DNA from: Brevinematales bacterium
GTDB lineage: Bacteria > Spirochaetota > Brevinematia > Brevinematales > JAOACQ01
Reading direction: 5' to 3'
Assembly (NCBI GenBank): GCA_020052515.1
Contig: JAGVOW010000080.1
Coordinates: 7,993-71,992 of the forward strand
DNA: 64,000 nt
Shown here: piece after piece, positions 26,657-33,941 of the stretch
Numbering within the stretch: position 1 is the stretch's first letter
How the letters are laid out: every line of letters starts with the position of its first letter
Program-made: the position numbers and the translations under genes
The notes under the pieces: generated by a model
The model's input: the letters and a program-made list of their open reading frames with translations, nothing else
What the model was told of the DNA's origin: nothing
The model's database searches: none

Positions 26657-27625
26657 TCAAAAGAAACTCTTTTTCTTTACTGAGTTTCCCGTTTCATTCA
26701 CATCAAACCCCAGGCGATCGAATGGGAAATAACGGAAAAGAGGCCTTCCAAATATATTTTTCTCCGGTATGAAACCAAAGTAACGGCAGTCTTCACTGAA
26801 ATCACGATTGTCGCCCATCCCAAAGTAATAATTATCCATTACTTTCCATTCCTTGATTTCTTTTCCTTCAATAAAGAAAGCCCCATTTTGAACCAATACG
26901 ATTTTGCCGCTTTCTCTCTCGACCAGAAGTTTCAAAAGGGTTTTATAATAATTGTTTTTGTCTCTTATGGTAATTACTTCGCCTTTCTTTGGCACCCTGA
27001 TTTCCGCGAACTGATAAACCTCCTCCCGATTAAAACCGGTGTCGCCGTAAAGGTGCTGAACAATCCGCTTTTTTCCATCAAAAGCCTCCTGAAAAAGATC
27101 GAAGGTAGCATGGCCGGTTTGAACCAGCCTATCATAAATAACTTCACGGCTGGTAATGACAAAATCATTTTGGACCGGTTTCCCATTAATCATTAAAATT
27201 TTATTAGTCATAGAAAGCGTATCCCCGGGAAGCCCCACCAGCCTTTTTACGAGATTTTTAGGCGTATCAAAGGTGTTGTCCAGATTCACCAGAGACAAAG
27301 TCAAAAGTGAAACCAATTCCTGGGGAATCCCCGGGCTTTTCCAGGCGGGAGAGACAAACACAATGATATCATTCCTTTCCGGCTTCATAAAACCGGGTAC
27401 TTTCCAATTCAGAACGGGAACCCGCGCCCCCATCGTCACTTTTTCCACCATCAGGATATCCCTTACTAAAAGGCTGGGCACCATAGACTGCGAAGGAATT
27501 TGATAGGCCTCAATAGTAAAAAGCCGGATCACAAAAGCAATCGCGTAAGCCGAAAGCAAAACATTCACATTTTCAATGATTTTTTCTTTTAAGGTCATGT
27601 CTTTCTTATCTTTCCTGGGTTTCAC
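26657..27625 (-). CDS. lepB: Signal peptidase I
   Basis: SQSMVPSLLVRD (catalytic Ser box), KRLVGLPGD, GDNRDFSEDCRYFG. The track start at 27640 is a TTG. The GTG at 27625 has AAGGAG 6 nt upstream, and an ATG at 27598 is also possible. Confidence 0.85.
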   Translation of the reverse strand: MKPRKDKKDMTLKEKIIENVNVLLSAYAIAFVIRLFTIEAYQIPSQSMVPSLLVRDILMVEKVTMGARVPVLNWKVPGFMKPERNDIIVFVSPAWKSPGIPQELVSLLTLSLVNLDNTFDTPKNLVKRLVGLPGDTLSMTNKILMINGKPVQNDFVITSREVIYDRLVQTGHATFDLFQEAFDGKKRIVQHLYGDTGFNREEVYQFAEIRVPKKGEVITIRDKNNYYKTLLKLLVERESGKIVLVQNGAFFIEGKEIKEWKVMDNYYFGMGDNRDFSEDCRYFGFIPEKNIFGRPLFRYFPFDRLGFDVNETGNSVKKKSFF

Positions 27626-27660
27626 AAATATCTCCTTCAATAATTTATTTGCAGTCTCAG

Positions 27661-27696
27661 GGTTATAGGCGCGGTTAATTAACCGCGCCTATAACC
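27661..27696. repeat. GC-rich palindromic repeat, copy 3 (36-bp perfect palindrome)
   Basis: GGTTATAGGCGCGGTTAATTAACCGCGCCTATAACC, 36 nt upstream of the lepB start. Confidence 0.95.
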
Positions 27697-27719
27697 TACT
27701 TAATCGCTCTGATCTCTTC

Positions 27720-27847
27720 ATCCACGTTGACGAAGCTTCCATCCATGTGGATGGGACTCTCATCTACATGGATTATTGTTCCCCGACGTGAATTATTGTC
27801 TCCCTGACATCGGGGATTCCTTCCCCATGATTGGAAACTCTCTCCCC
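27720..27847. repeat. Degenerate tandem array of about six 21-nt (one 23-nt) units, each ending in a C-run
   Basis: Units: atccacgttgacgaagcttcc / atccatgtggatgggactctc / atctacatggattattgttcccc / gacgtgaattattgtctccct / gacatcggggattccttcccc / atgattggaaactctctcccc. Neighbouring units are about 50-60 % identical by hand count. Confidence 0.6.
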
Positions 27848-27907
27848 CTTAACAAAGGGGGGCAGGGGGTTGTCTCTCCATCGCGGGAGCCGGGGGGTGA
27901 GACGGCG
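27848..27907. repeat. Degenerate G-run/C-run hairpin element (related to 56711-56766)
   Basis: TCCCCCTTAACAAAGGGGGG hairpin followed by GGGGGGCAGGGGGTT and GGGGGGTGAGACGGCG. Compare GGGGGTTAGGGGGTGAGGCG in the rpoB-rpoC palindrome. Confidence 0.5.
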
Positions 27908-28703
27908 TCGCCGGCAAACTTACTTCTTCAAAATGAGTCCCATTTTGCAAGATACGGCGCGCCAGAATATCCAATTTATCCGTAATATCGGTCGCGAAAA
28001 AACGGTGCTCAGGATTATCAGAACCCTCACAGAGCATATAATTCGAGGCCAATACATCTTTCAAATCCTGCGCCGTAAACAAAGCGGAATCCACCAATTT
28101 TACATTCGGCAAAATTTCCCGCATTACGTTTATGATCAAAGGATAATGAGTACACCCCAGAATCAATGTATCAACGCCTGACTCCCTGAATTCTTTTAAA
28201 TATTCTTCAGCAATCAATTTCGTGGCGGGATGGTCCACAAAATTTTCCTCGATCAACGGAACAAAAAGGGGGCAGGGCTTCTGCTTTACAGATAAATCCG
28301 GATTCATTTTTTCAAGGGTTTGAGCATAGACATTGCTCCGAATGGTTCTATTAGTGCCGATCACACCGATTTTTCCATTGCGGGTAGCATAAATAGCGCC
28401 CTTTGCGGCCGGCTCAATAACCCCGACTATAGGAATATTGTAATGCTCTTTTAAAAAAGTCAAAGCCACCGAAGACGCGGTATTACAGGCTGCTACCAGA
28501 ACTTTTATATCAAATTTTAGTAAAAACTCTGTATTCGCTTTTGAATAACTCCTGACGATCTCTTCCGATTTATCCCCATAAGGAAGATTAGCGGTATCTC
28601 CCAGATAAACAATTGTCTCATTCGGCAAGAGCCTTTTGATTTCCCGGACAACCGTCAATCCACCTACCCCTGAATCAAAAACACCGATGGGTTTATTATT
28701 CAT
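27849..28703 (-). CDS. murI: Glutamate racemase
   Basis: FDSGVGGLTV, ACNTAS and GCTHYP motifs. The last ~22 codons (PATPSHPPAPAMERQPPAPLC) read through the G/C-run repeat. Confidence 0.9.
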   Translation of the reverse strand: MNNKPIGVFDSGVGGLTVVREIKRLLPNETIVYLGDTANLPYGDKSEEIVRSYSKANTEFLLKFDIKVLVAACNTASSVALTFLKEHYNIPIVGVIEPAAKGAIYATRNGKIGVIGTNRTIRSNVYAQTLEKMNPDLSVKQKPCPLFVPLIEENFVDHPATKLIAEEYLKEFRESGVDTLILGCTHYPLIINVMREILPNVKLVDSALFTAQDLKDVLASNYMLCEGSDNPEHRFFATDITDKLDILARRILQNGTHFEEVSLPATPSHPPAPAMERQPPAPLC

Positions 28704-28717
28704 TACCTCTTACTCCC

Positions 28718-30295
28718 TTACTTTTCCTGCTCATTTTCAATTTTCATCAAGATGTAATTCATACTATCCACCAGCGCTTTCCAGCTAGCTTCAATAATAT
28801 TCTCCGAAACTCCGACTGTCCCCCATTCATATCCGCCGTAACGGAAGAAAATCCAGACTCTCGTCGCCGCGGCTGTCCCTGCCATTGGGTTTAAAATCCT
28901 TACTTTATAATCAACCAGCTTGATATTCTTCACTACCGGATAAAACACAGACAAAGCGTTCTTTAGAGCTATGTCCAGAGCATTTATCGGCCCGTCTCCT
29001 TCTGCCACGGTCAGTTCTTCCAGATTTCCTACCAGGACTTTAACGGTTGCCTCAATGACAGCGGCAATACCTTCCTTCACATAAGTAAATGTTTTGAAAG
29101 ATTCCACGGTAAACTTTTCTTGAAAAACCCCGGAAATCTTTTTAGCCTGTATCTCAAAGGAAGCATCCGCCCCCTCAAACTCGTAGCCTTTATTCTCCAA
29201 TTCCTTAATTTTCTCTACCAGATGCGGAACAAACTGTTTTTGAATCTGCAGCCCCAGCTCTTTCAATTTGCCCAGAATATTTGACTTCCCCGCCTGTTCG
29301 GAAATAAGAATTCTTCTTTTATTACCTACCAGAGCAGGCTCAAGATGTTCGTAAGTCTTCGGGTTTTTTTCCACCGCGTTCGCGTGTACTCCTGCCTTGT
29401 GGGTAAAAGCGGAAAGGCCAGTATAAGACTGACGGCTGTCCGGTGTAAGATTAGCAATTTCATAAATATAATGGGAAAGGTCCATCAGCCCTTTCATCTT
29501 CTTTTCATCAATCTGATAAAAAGAACATCCCATTTTAAACATCAAGTTTGGAAGGATAGAACAAAGATTCGCGTTTCCACAGCGCTCTCCTATTCCATTA
29601 ATAGTGCCTTGAACATGAAGGGCTCCGCTTTTGACTGCTTCCAGACTATTAGCCACAGCGCAGTCACCATCATTATGAGCATGGATTCCCAGGGTAGACT
29701 TTACTTCCTTCCGGACCAAAGCCGCGATTTCAGAAACCTGGTAAGGGAGAACTCCGCCGTTTGTATCGCACAACACGATAGAATCTGCGCCTGCTTTCTC
29801 TGCTGTCATCAGTACTTCTAACGCGTATTCCGGATTATGAATATAGCCGTCAAAAAAATGTTCCGCGTCAAAAATAACTTCCTTTTTGTGGTCCTTAAGA
29901 TAAGCTATAGAGTCATAGATCATTTCGAGATTACTTTCCAGTGAAACCCGGAATACTTCTTTTACATGGAGGTCCCATGATTTGCCGAAAATAGTCACCA
30001 CCGGCGTCCCTGTACTTATTAAGTCACTAATATTTGGGTCTTCGTTGACCTTATGTTTTGCATGTCTGGTGCTGCCAAAAGCCGCCGGTCTGGCATGAGT
30101 AAATTCTATTTTTTTTACCTCATCAAAAAACGAGCGGTCCTTCGGATTGGAAGAAGGCCACCCGCATTCAATGTAGTCTACTCCAAAAGAATCAAGTTTT
30201 TTAGCGATCGCGACCATATCCATAATAGAGAAGTTAATACCTTCGGCCTGCTTGCCATCACGCAAAGTCGTATCATAAACAATAATTTTCTTCAT
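28718..30295 (-). CDS. cimA: (R)-citramalate synthase / 2-isopropylmalate synthase family (CimA-like)
   Basis: YDTTLRDGKQAEG and HAHNDGDCAVANS motifs plus a LeuA-type C-terminal regulatory domain. The ATG at 30295 has an AAGGGGG RBS. A consensus promoter lies inside the longer ORF (to 30382), which argues for the shorter start. Confidence 0.7.
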   Translation of the reverse strand: MKKIIVYDTTLRDGKQAEGINFSIMDMVAIAKKLDSFGVDYIECGWPSSNPKDRSFFDEVKKIEFTHARPAAFGSTRHAKHKVNEDPNISDLISTGTPVVTIFGKSWDLHVKEVFRVSLESNLEMIYDSIAYLKDHKKEVIFDAEHFFDGYIHNPEYALEVLMTAEKAGADSIVLCDTNGGVLPYQVSEIAALVRKEVKSTLGIHAHNDGDCAVANSLEAVKSGALHVQGTINGIGERCGNANLCSILPNLMFKMGCSFYQIDEKKMKGLMDLSHYIYEIANLTPDSRQSYTGLSAFTHKAGVHANAVEKNPKTYEHLEPALVGNKRRILISEQAGKSNILGKLKELGLQIQKQFVPHLVEKIKELENKGYEFEGADASFEIQAKKISGVFQEKFTVESFKTFTYVKEGIAAVIEATVKVLVGNLEELTVAEGDGPINALDIALKNALSVFYPVVKNIKLVDYKVRILNPMAGTAAATRVWIFFRYGGYEWGTVGVSENIIEASWKALVDSMNYILMKIENEQEK

Positions 30296-30322
30296 ACTAC
30301 GGCCCCCTTTAAGGTATCCAAG

Positions 30323-30351
30323 ATTATAAAAAGGGTTTGAGCGGCTGTCAA
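30323..30351 (-). promoter_or_regulatory. Consensus sigma70-type promoter of cimA (TTGACA-17-TATAAT)
   Basis: Minus strand reads TTGACA gccgctcaaaccctttt TATAAT, 27 nt upstream of the ATG at 30295. Confidence 0.6.
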
Positions 30352-30411
30352 GGAAAACCGTATGAGGGACACGGCTTTCCACTAAGCAACGCTAATAAAA
30401 CAAATTTTTCT

Positions 30412-30435
30412 TTCTCCCCCTTTTCAAAGGGGGAA
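30412..30435. repeat. Short C-run/G-run hairpin (TTCTCCCCC TTTTCA AAGGGGGAA)
   Basis: Inverted repeat in the divergent cimA / 30492 intergenic region. Same TCCCCC...GGGGGA style as the element at 27848. Confidence 0.5.
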
Positions 30436-30491
30436 TTCATGAATTATCCTAAAAAGTAGCAATATTCCCTCTCCAAATTTATAATATTCAG

Positions 30492-30791
30492 ATGAATAGA
30501 AATGAGTTGTTTTACACTCTCTTTCACTCCGCTTTTTATGTCCTGGCCGTTTTTGTCATTTTAGCTGTTTTTTTATCCGCTTTTCCTTTTGTCTTTGTGC
30601 TGATTATCCTGGCCTTTATTTTAGGAGGCCTGGGAATATTGTTTAGAAATATCCGGACAGAATTAGGTGGAGCAAAAACTGAAAAAACTTCAAAAAAGCA
30701 TTTTGATGAATTTGGAAGCCGAAAAACGAAAGCCACCGTAATAGATATGCAGGAATCTGAAAAAGTAAATAAAGGGATCAACGAGCCGTGA
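30492..30791 (+). CDS. Small two-TM membrane protein (99 aa), hypothetical
   Basis: Two long hydrophobic helices followed by a charged tail. The stop overlaps the GTG start of the DUF58 gene (GTGA). Confidence 0.4.
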   Translation: MNRNELFYTLFHSAFYVLAVFVILAVFLSAFPFVFVLIILAFILGGLGILFRNIRTELGGAKTEKTSKKHFDEFGSRKTKATVIDMQESEKVNKGINEP

Positions 30792-31702
30792 ATGAATTAG
30801 ATACATCAATCCAGCAAATTATTTCAAGAGTGAAACACTTGGAGATCCGTGCCCGGAAACTGGTAGAGGATTCCCTCTCCAGCGAGTACCACAGCGTCTT
30901 TAAGGGCAGAGGAATTGAGTTTAACGAGGTGAGAAATTATCTTCCGGAAGACGATGTACGGGACATTGATTGGAATGTGACTGCGAGGATGAACGAGCCT
31001 TATATTAAAACTTATATTGAAGAAAGGCAGCTCACTGTCATTTTCGCGGTAGATGTGAGCGCCTCGAGCTATTTCGGAAGCGGGAAGTCCAAGCGCGAGG
31101 TGATGGCGGAGGTTGCCGCCCTTCTCGGTTTTGCCTCCTTTTTTAATCATGACAAAGCCGGTTTGTTCCTTTTTTCAGATGATGTAGAAAAAGCCATTTC
31201 CCCTCGCCGCGATTATTCTCATCTTCTTCGTATTATTCGAGATGTATGGTATTATGAGCCTCTCAAGCGTTCAACAAATTTAGAATCGTCTTTTAGAAAT
31301 ATGCTCAATATGCTAAAAAAGAAGGCTATTATTTTCATTCTAAGCGATTTTTTAGACACCAACTATGAGAAACCTCTGCTAGGGCTATCCCGTAAACATG
31401 AAGTTATTCCCATTGTTGTTCATGATTCAATGGAGCAGCACCTACGCCGCCCTTCTTTGAAGGGCTGGAGAAATAATATCTGGAAAACTCTTCCTATCCT
31501 GGCAGATCTGGAAGATATGGAGTTAAAAACCACAGAGACCATATCTTTATCTGGAAAGACTGCTAGCGAAATTTATAGATTTCAAAATTACTACCGGAAA
31601 TTATTCAAAAAGCTGGGTTTAGACTACGCGGAAATAAACAACCAGATTGACTATTTCAAGACGATCGAGCTTCTTTTAAGAAAAAGAATGAAAAAACGTT
31701 AA
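30788..31702 (+). CDS. DUF58 protein (VWA-like; usually a MoxR-associated family)
   Basis: HSVFKGRGIEFNEVRNYLPEDDVRDIDWNVTARMNEPYIKTYIEER matches the DUF58 signature (G.EF...R.Y..GDD.R.IDW..TAR). GTG start. Confidence 0.75.
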   Translation: MNELDTSIQQIISRVKHLEIRARKLVEDSLSSEYHSVFKGRGIEFNEVRNYLPEDDVRDIDWNVTARMNEPYIKTYIEERQLTVIFAVDVSASSYFGSGKSKREVMAEVAALLGFASFFNHDKAGLFLFSDDVEKAISPRRDYSHLLRIIRDVWYYEPLKRSTNLESSFRNMLNMLKKKAIIFILSDFLDTNYEKPLLGLSRKHEVIPIVVHDSMEQHLRRPSLKGWRNNIWKTLPILADLEDMELKTTETISLSGKTASEIYRFQNYYRKLFKKLGLDYAEINNQIDYFKTIELLLRKRMKKR

Positions 31703-33747
31703 TGGCTTGATCCACTACCAAATGAAGGCTTGCTTTCCATCTGCGGCACATAGTACCCCGTATCATCGACCCCAACCAGATCCTTGTACTTCACCTTGAT
31801 ATGAACATTGACCCAATAATTTTTAATCCCTTTCAGATTCAAACCTTCGTAACTCAAGATGTACTCCAGGGGTTTTGATTCTTTGATCTGTTTATAAATA
31901 TTCAGAATATCTTTAATATCCTGTATCGTATAGTATTTGCCAAACGTTTCCTCCGCGATTTTTGAGAAAAATCCATGATTCTTATCGGTGAAATTAACCA
32001 CATAAATAGGAATAGCATTTTGTTTCGCGAAAGTCGATAGAGTATCTATTTCATAGTTTTTAAAAGAATTATCGCCTAATTCTCCCGACATAAATAAAAC
32101 GATCGCTTTATTCCGGTTGACATTCAGCAATTCTTGAATAGCCTGATGAATGGCTTTGTCCATTTCCTGAGGATAGTTTCCACTATAAGCGTTTTTTCGG
32201 ATATAGTTAATCGGCCAAAGAAGAGCCGCCTGTTTTTTCCCGGAACTTTCCATTTTATCGCCCATCAGTATGAAATCCAGCCAATCATCTCCAGTAGCCT
32301 TCTGTAAAAAAGCGGTAATACTTTCAATGAGCTCCGGATCGTATTCCCGCATCGCCTCACTCTTATCCAAAATCACTTTAACATAGAGATTTTCACGATA
32401 ATTATAGGTCGCTCCTAAACGTATAATAGGAATCTCCACACCCTCTTCAAATAACTGAAAATTATCCTCTTTTAGATTATAAAGCGGCTTGCCCATCTTA
32501 TCCCAGGCCCGAATGTGAATCAAGTTGTTGGGATAATCTGAAAACCAGATTTGAGAAGTTTCTAAGCCCAGATTGACATACTTCAACTGAAGCGGAGTAA
32601 AAATCGCCATATTCTGAGTATTAAAATCAGTTTCATAAAGAAGGTTCTTGTCATCCAGGCAGACATCAAAAGGATAATCCAATTTTCCTTCGTCCAGATC
32701 AAATTTCTCCAGCGACCTATTTTGAATATCATAAATAAACAAGCCTTTTTTAGCATCCACAATATAGAGTTTACTGTCTTTGAGGCAAAGCCCCCTTGGC
32801 TCCTCCAATGTTCCCTCACCAATCTTCTCGAGCCTATTTCCGAAAGTATCATAGGATAACACCCTCTTGTTCGCGGTATCTGAAACATAAATAGTATTGT
32901 CTTTTCCCGTAATATCGGTAGGCCTATTTAAATCCCCTTCCCCAATACTCTGGATCCATTCCCCCTGCAAATTAAACTTCTGCACACGGTCATTGCCATT
33001 GTCCACCACGAAAATATATTCGTCGCTAGTCACAGCGATTCCCATTGGGCCAGATATATTAGACGCCGCAAAGCCCTTCACTCCAAATTTCTTCAGAAAT
33101 TTTCCTTCTCTCGTAAAAATAAAGACGCTGTCCAGAGCATAATCACCCACGTAAATTTTATTATCATAAATGAATAGGCCCGTCGGCATCTTAAAAGATG
33201 AAATATCACCCCATTTTCTTCCTATTTCACGAATTACTTTACCGGAACCATCTACTTCTACTATAAACTTTGCCTGCTGAGATGAAACCAGAAGAGAATC
33301 ATATTCTGGGTCGTATACAATAAAAGAGGGCCTAATAATTTTATGCATCCCATCCCGAACACCATCGTAAATTTTTGTAAAGAGATAAGGATTAGAATAA
33401 TCATAATGCTTGTCAATAGAAAGGCGAAAGTACAAATCATTTAATTTTTGTTTAACTTGATAACTGCCGCTGCCCAAACGGATTAAGTTTTCCCATTCAT
33501 CCAGGGCATTTTTCGCATAACCCGAATTTAGATAAGCCTGGCCTAAATAATAACGAGCCCTAAAATTCATGGGCTGAAAAGACAAAGCTTTGTTAAAAAG
33601 TTGAACCGCTGCCTCGTATTGACGGTTATAAAAGCGAGACATCCCACTTTTAACTTCTTTCTCGGAAAGGAGATCGTTAATCGTTTGAGAATAAGTAAAC
33701 TGAAAACAGAACAAAAATAAAAGAAATAAAAAAAGACGAAGATTCAT
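31699..33747 (-). CDS. Secreted TPR + NHL-repeat beta-propeller + C-terminal VWA-like domain protein
   Basis: Signal peptide and a TPR-like N-terminus (YNRQYEAAVQLFNKALS...YYLGQAYL). Repeated NHL-type units follow (P.G.A....IYV.D..N.R...F). The C-terminus VKVILDKSEAM...AIVLFMSGE...IPIYVVNF is VWA-like with an imperfect MIDAS motif. Confidence 0.65.
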   Translation of the reverse strand: MNLRLFLFLLFLFCFQFTYSQTINDLLSEKEVKSGMSRFYNRQYEAAVQLFNKALSFQPMNFRARYYLGQAYLNSGYAKNALDEWENLIRLGSGSYQVKQKLNDLYFRLSIDKHYDYSNPYLFTKIYDGVRDGMHKIIRPSFIVYDPEYDSLLVSSQQAKFIVEVDGSGKVIREIGRKWGDISSFKMPTGLFIYDNKIYVGDYALDSVFIFTREGKFLKKFGVKGFAASNISGPMGIAVTSDEYIFVVDNGNDRVQKFNLQGEWIQSIGEGDLNRPTDITGKDNTIYVSDTANKRVLSYDTFGNRLEKIGEGTLEEPRGLCLKDSKLYIVDAKKGLFIYDIQNRSLEKFDLDEGKLDYPFDVCLDDKNLLYETDFNTQNMAIFTPLQLKYVNLGLETSQIWFSDYPNNLIHIRAWDKMGKPLYNLKEDNFQLFEEGVEIPIIRLGATYNYRENLYVKVILDKSEAMREYDPELIESITAFLQKATGDDWLDFILMGDKMESSGKKQAALLWPINYIRKNAYSGNYPQEMDKAIHQAIQELLNVNRNKAIVLFMSGELGDNSFKNYEIDTLSTFAKQNAIPIYVVNFTDKNHGFFSKIAEETFGKYYTIQDIKDILNIYKQIKESKPLEYILSYEGLNLKGIKNYWVNVHIKVKYKDLVGVDDTGYYVPQMESKPSFGSGSSH

Positions 33748-33760
33748 AATCCCTTCTTTC

Positions 33761-33806
33761 GCCTCATCCCCTCTACGTAAATGGAGAGGGGGGCGGGGGG
33801 TGAGGC
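33761..33806. repeat. Imperfect G-run/C-run hairpin element (copy of the rpoB-rpoC palindrome family)
   Basis: GCCTCATCCCCTCT acgtaaatg GAGAGGGGGGCGGGGGGTGAGGC. The right arm nearly equals GGAGAGGGGGTTAGGGGGTGAGGC at 56739-56765; the left arm is shortened. Confidence 0.65.
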
Positions 33807-33819
33807 TAAACAGTTACAT

Positions 33820-33848
33820 ATTATATAAGAATTAATACCATCTGTAAA
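33820..33848 (-). promoter_or_regulatory. Predicted promoter of the TPR-NHL-VWA gene (TTTACA-17-TATAAT)
   Basis: Minus strand reads TTTACA gatggtattaattctta TATAAT. This places the 33761-33806 hairpin in the 5' UTR. Confidence 0.45.
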
Positions 33849-33885
33849 GGATTTTAAGGGAATTTGTGTGTTACAAGGTCTGCTC

Positions 33886-33920
33886 ATAAAAACAGGCGCG
33901 GTCATTCAACCGCGCCTGTT
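33886..33920 (-). terminator. Terminator of the ribosomal superoperon after rplQ; a variant of the GGCGCGG/CCGCGCC palindrome family
   Basis: Minus strand reads AACAGGCGCGGT tgaatg ACCGCGCCTGTT followed by TTTTAT, 22 nt after the rplQ stop. Confidence 0.7.
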
Positions 33921-33941
33921 TAAAAAACCCGTATTTAAACT

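Noticed and set aside
27720-27907. Possible CRISPR array, given short direct repeats of about 21 nt.
   Set aside because: The units are contiguous with no unique spacers, they are highly degenerate, and no cas genes are present. This is not CRISPR architecture.
27776-28181. Plus-strand ORFs 27776..27985 and 27831..28181 with proline/glycine-rich heptad-like sequence.
   Set aside because: They are generated by reading through the 21-nt repeat array and G-run element and then run antisense into murI. They have no RBS, and the frame is not maintained across the whole array. I treat them as repeat artefacts, not genes.
30457-30494. Leaderless-mRNA promoter (TATAAT ending 6 nt before the ATG at 30492) for the small membrane protein.
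   Set aside because: The -35 is poor (TAGCAA), and AT-rich sequence produces TATAAT-like hexamers frequently. The evidence is not enough to report it as a feature.
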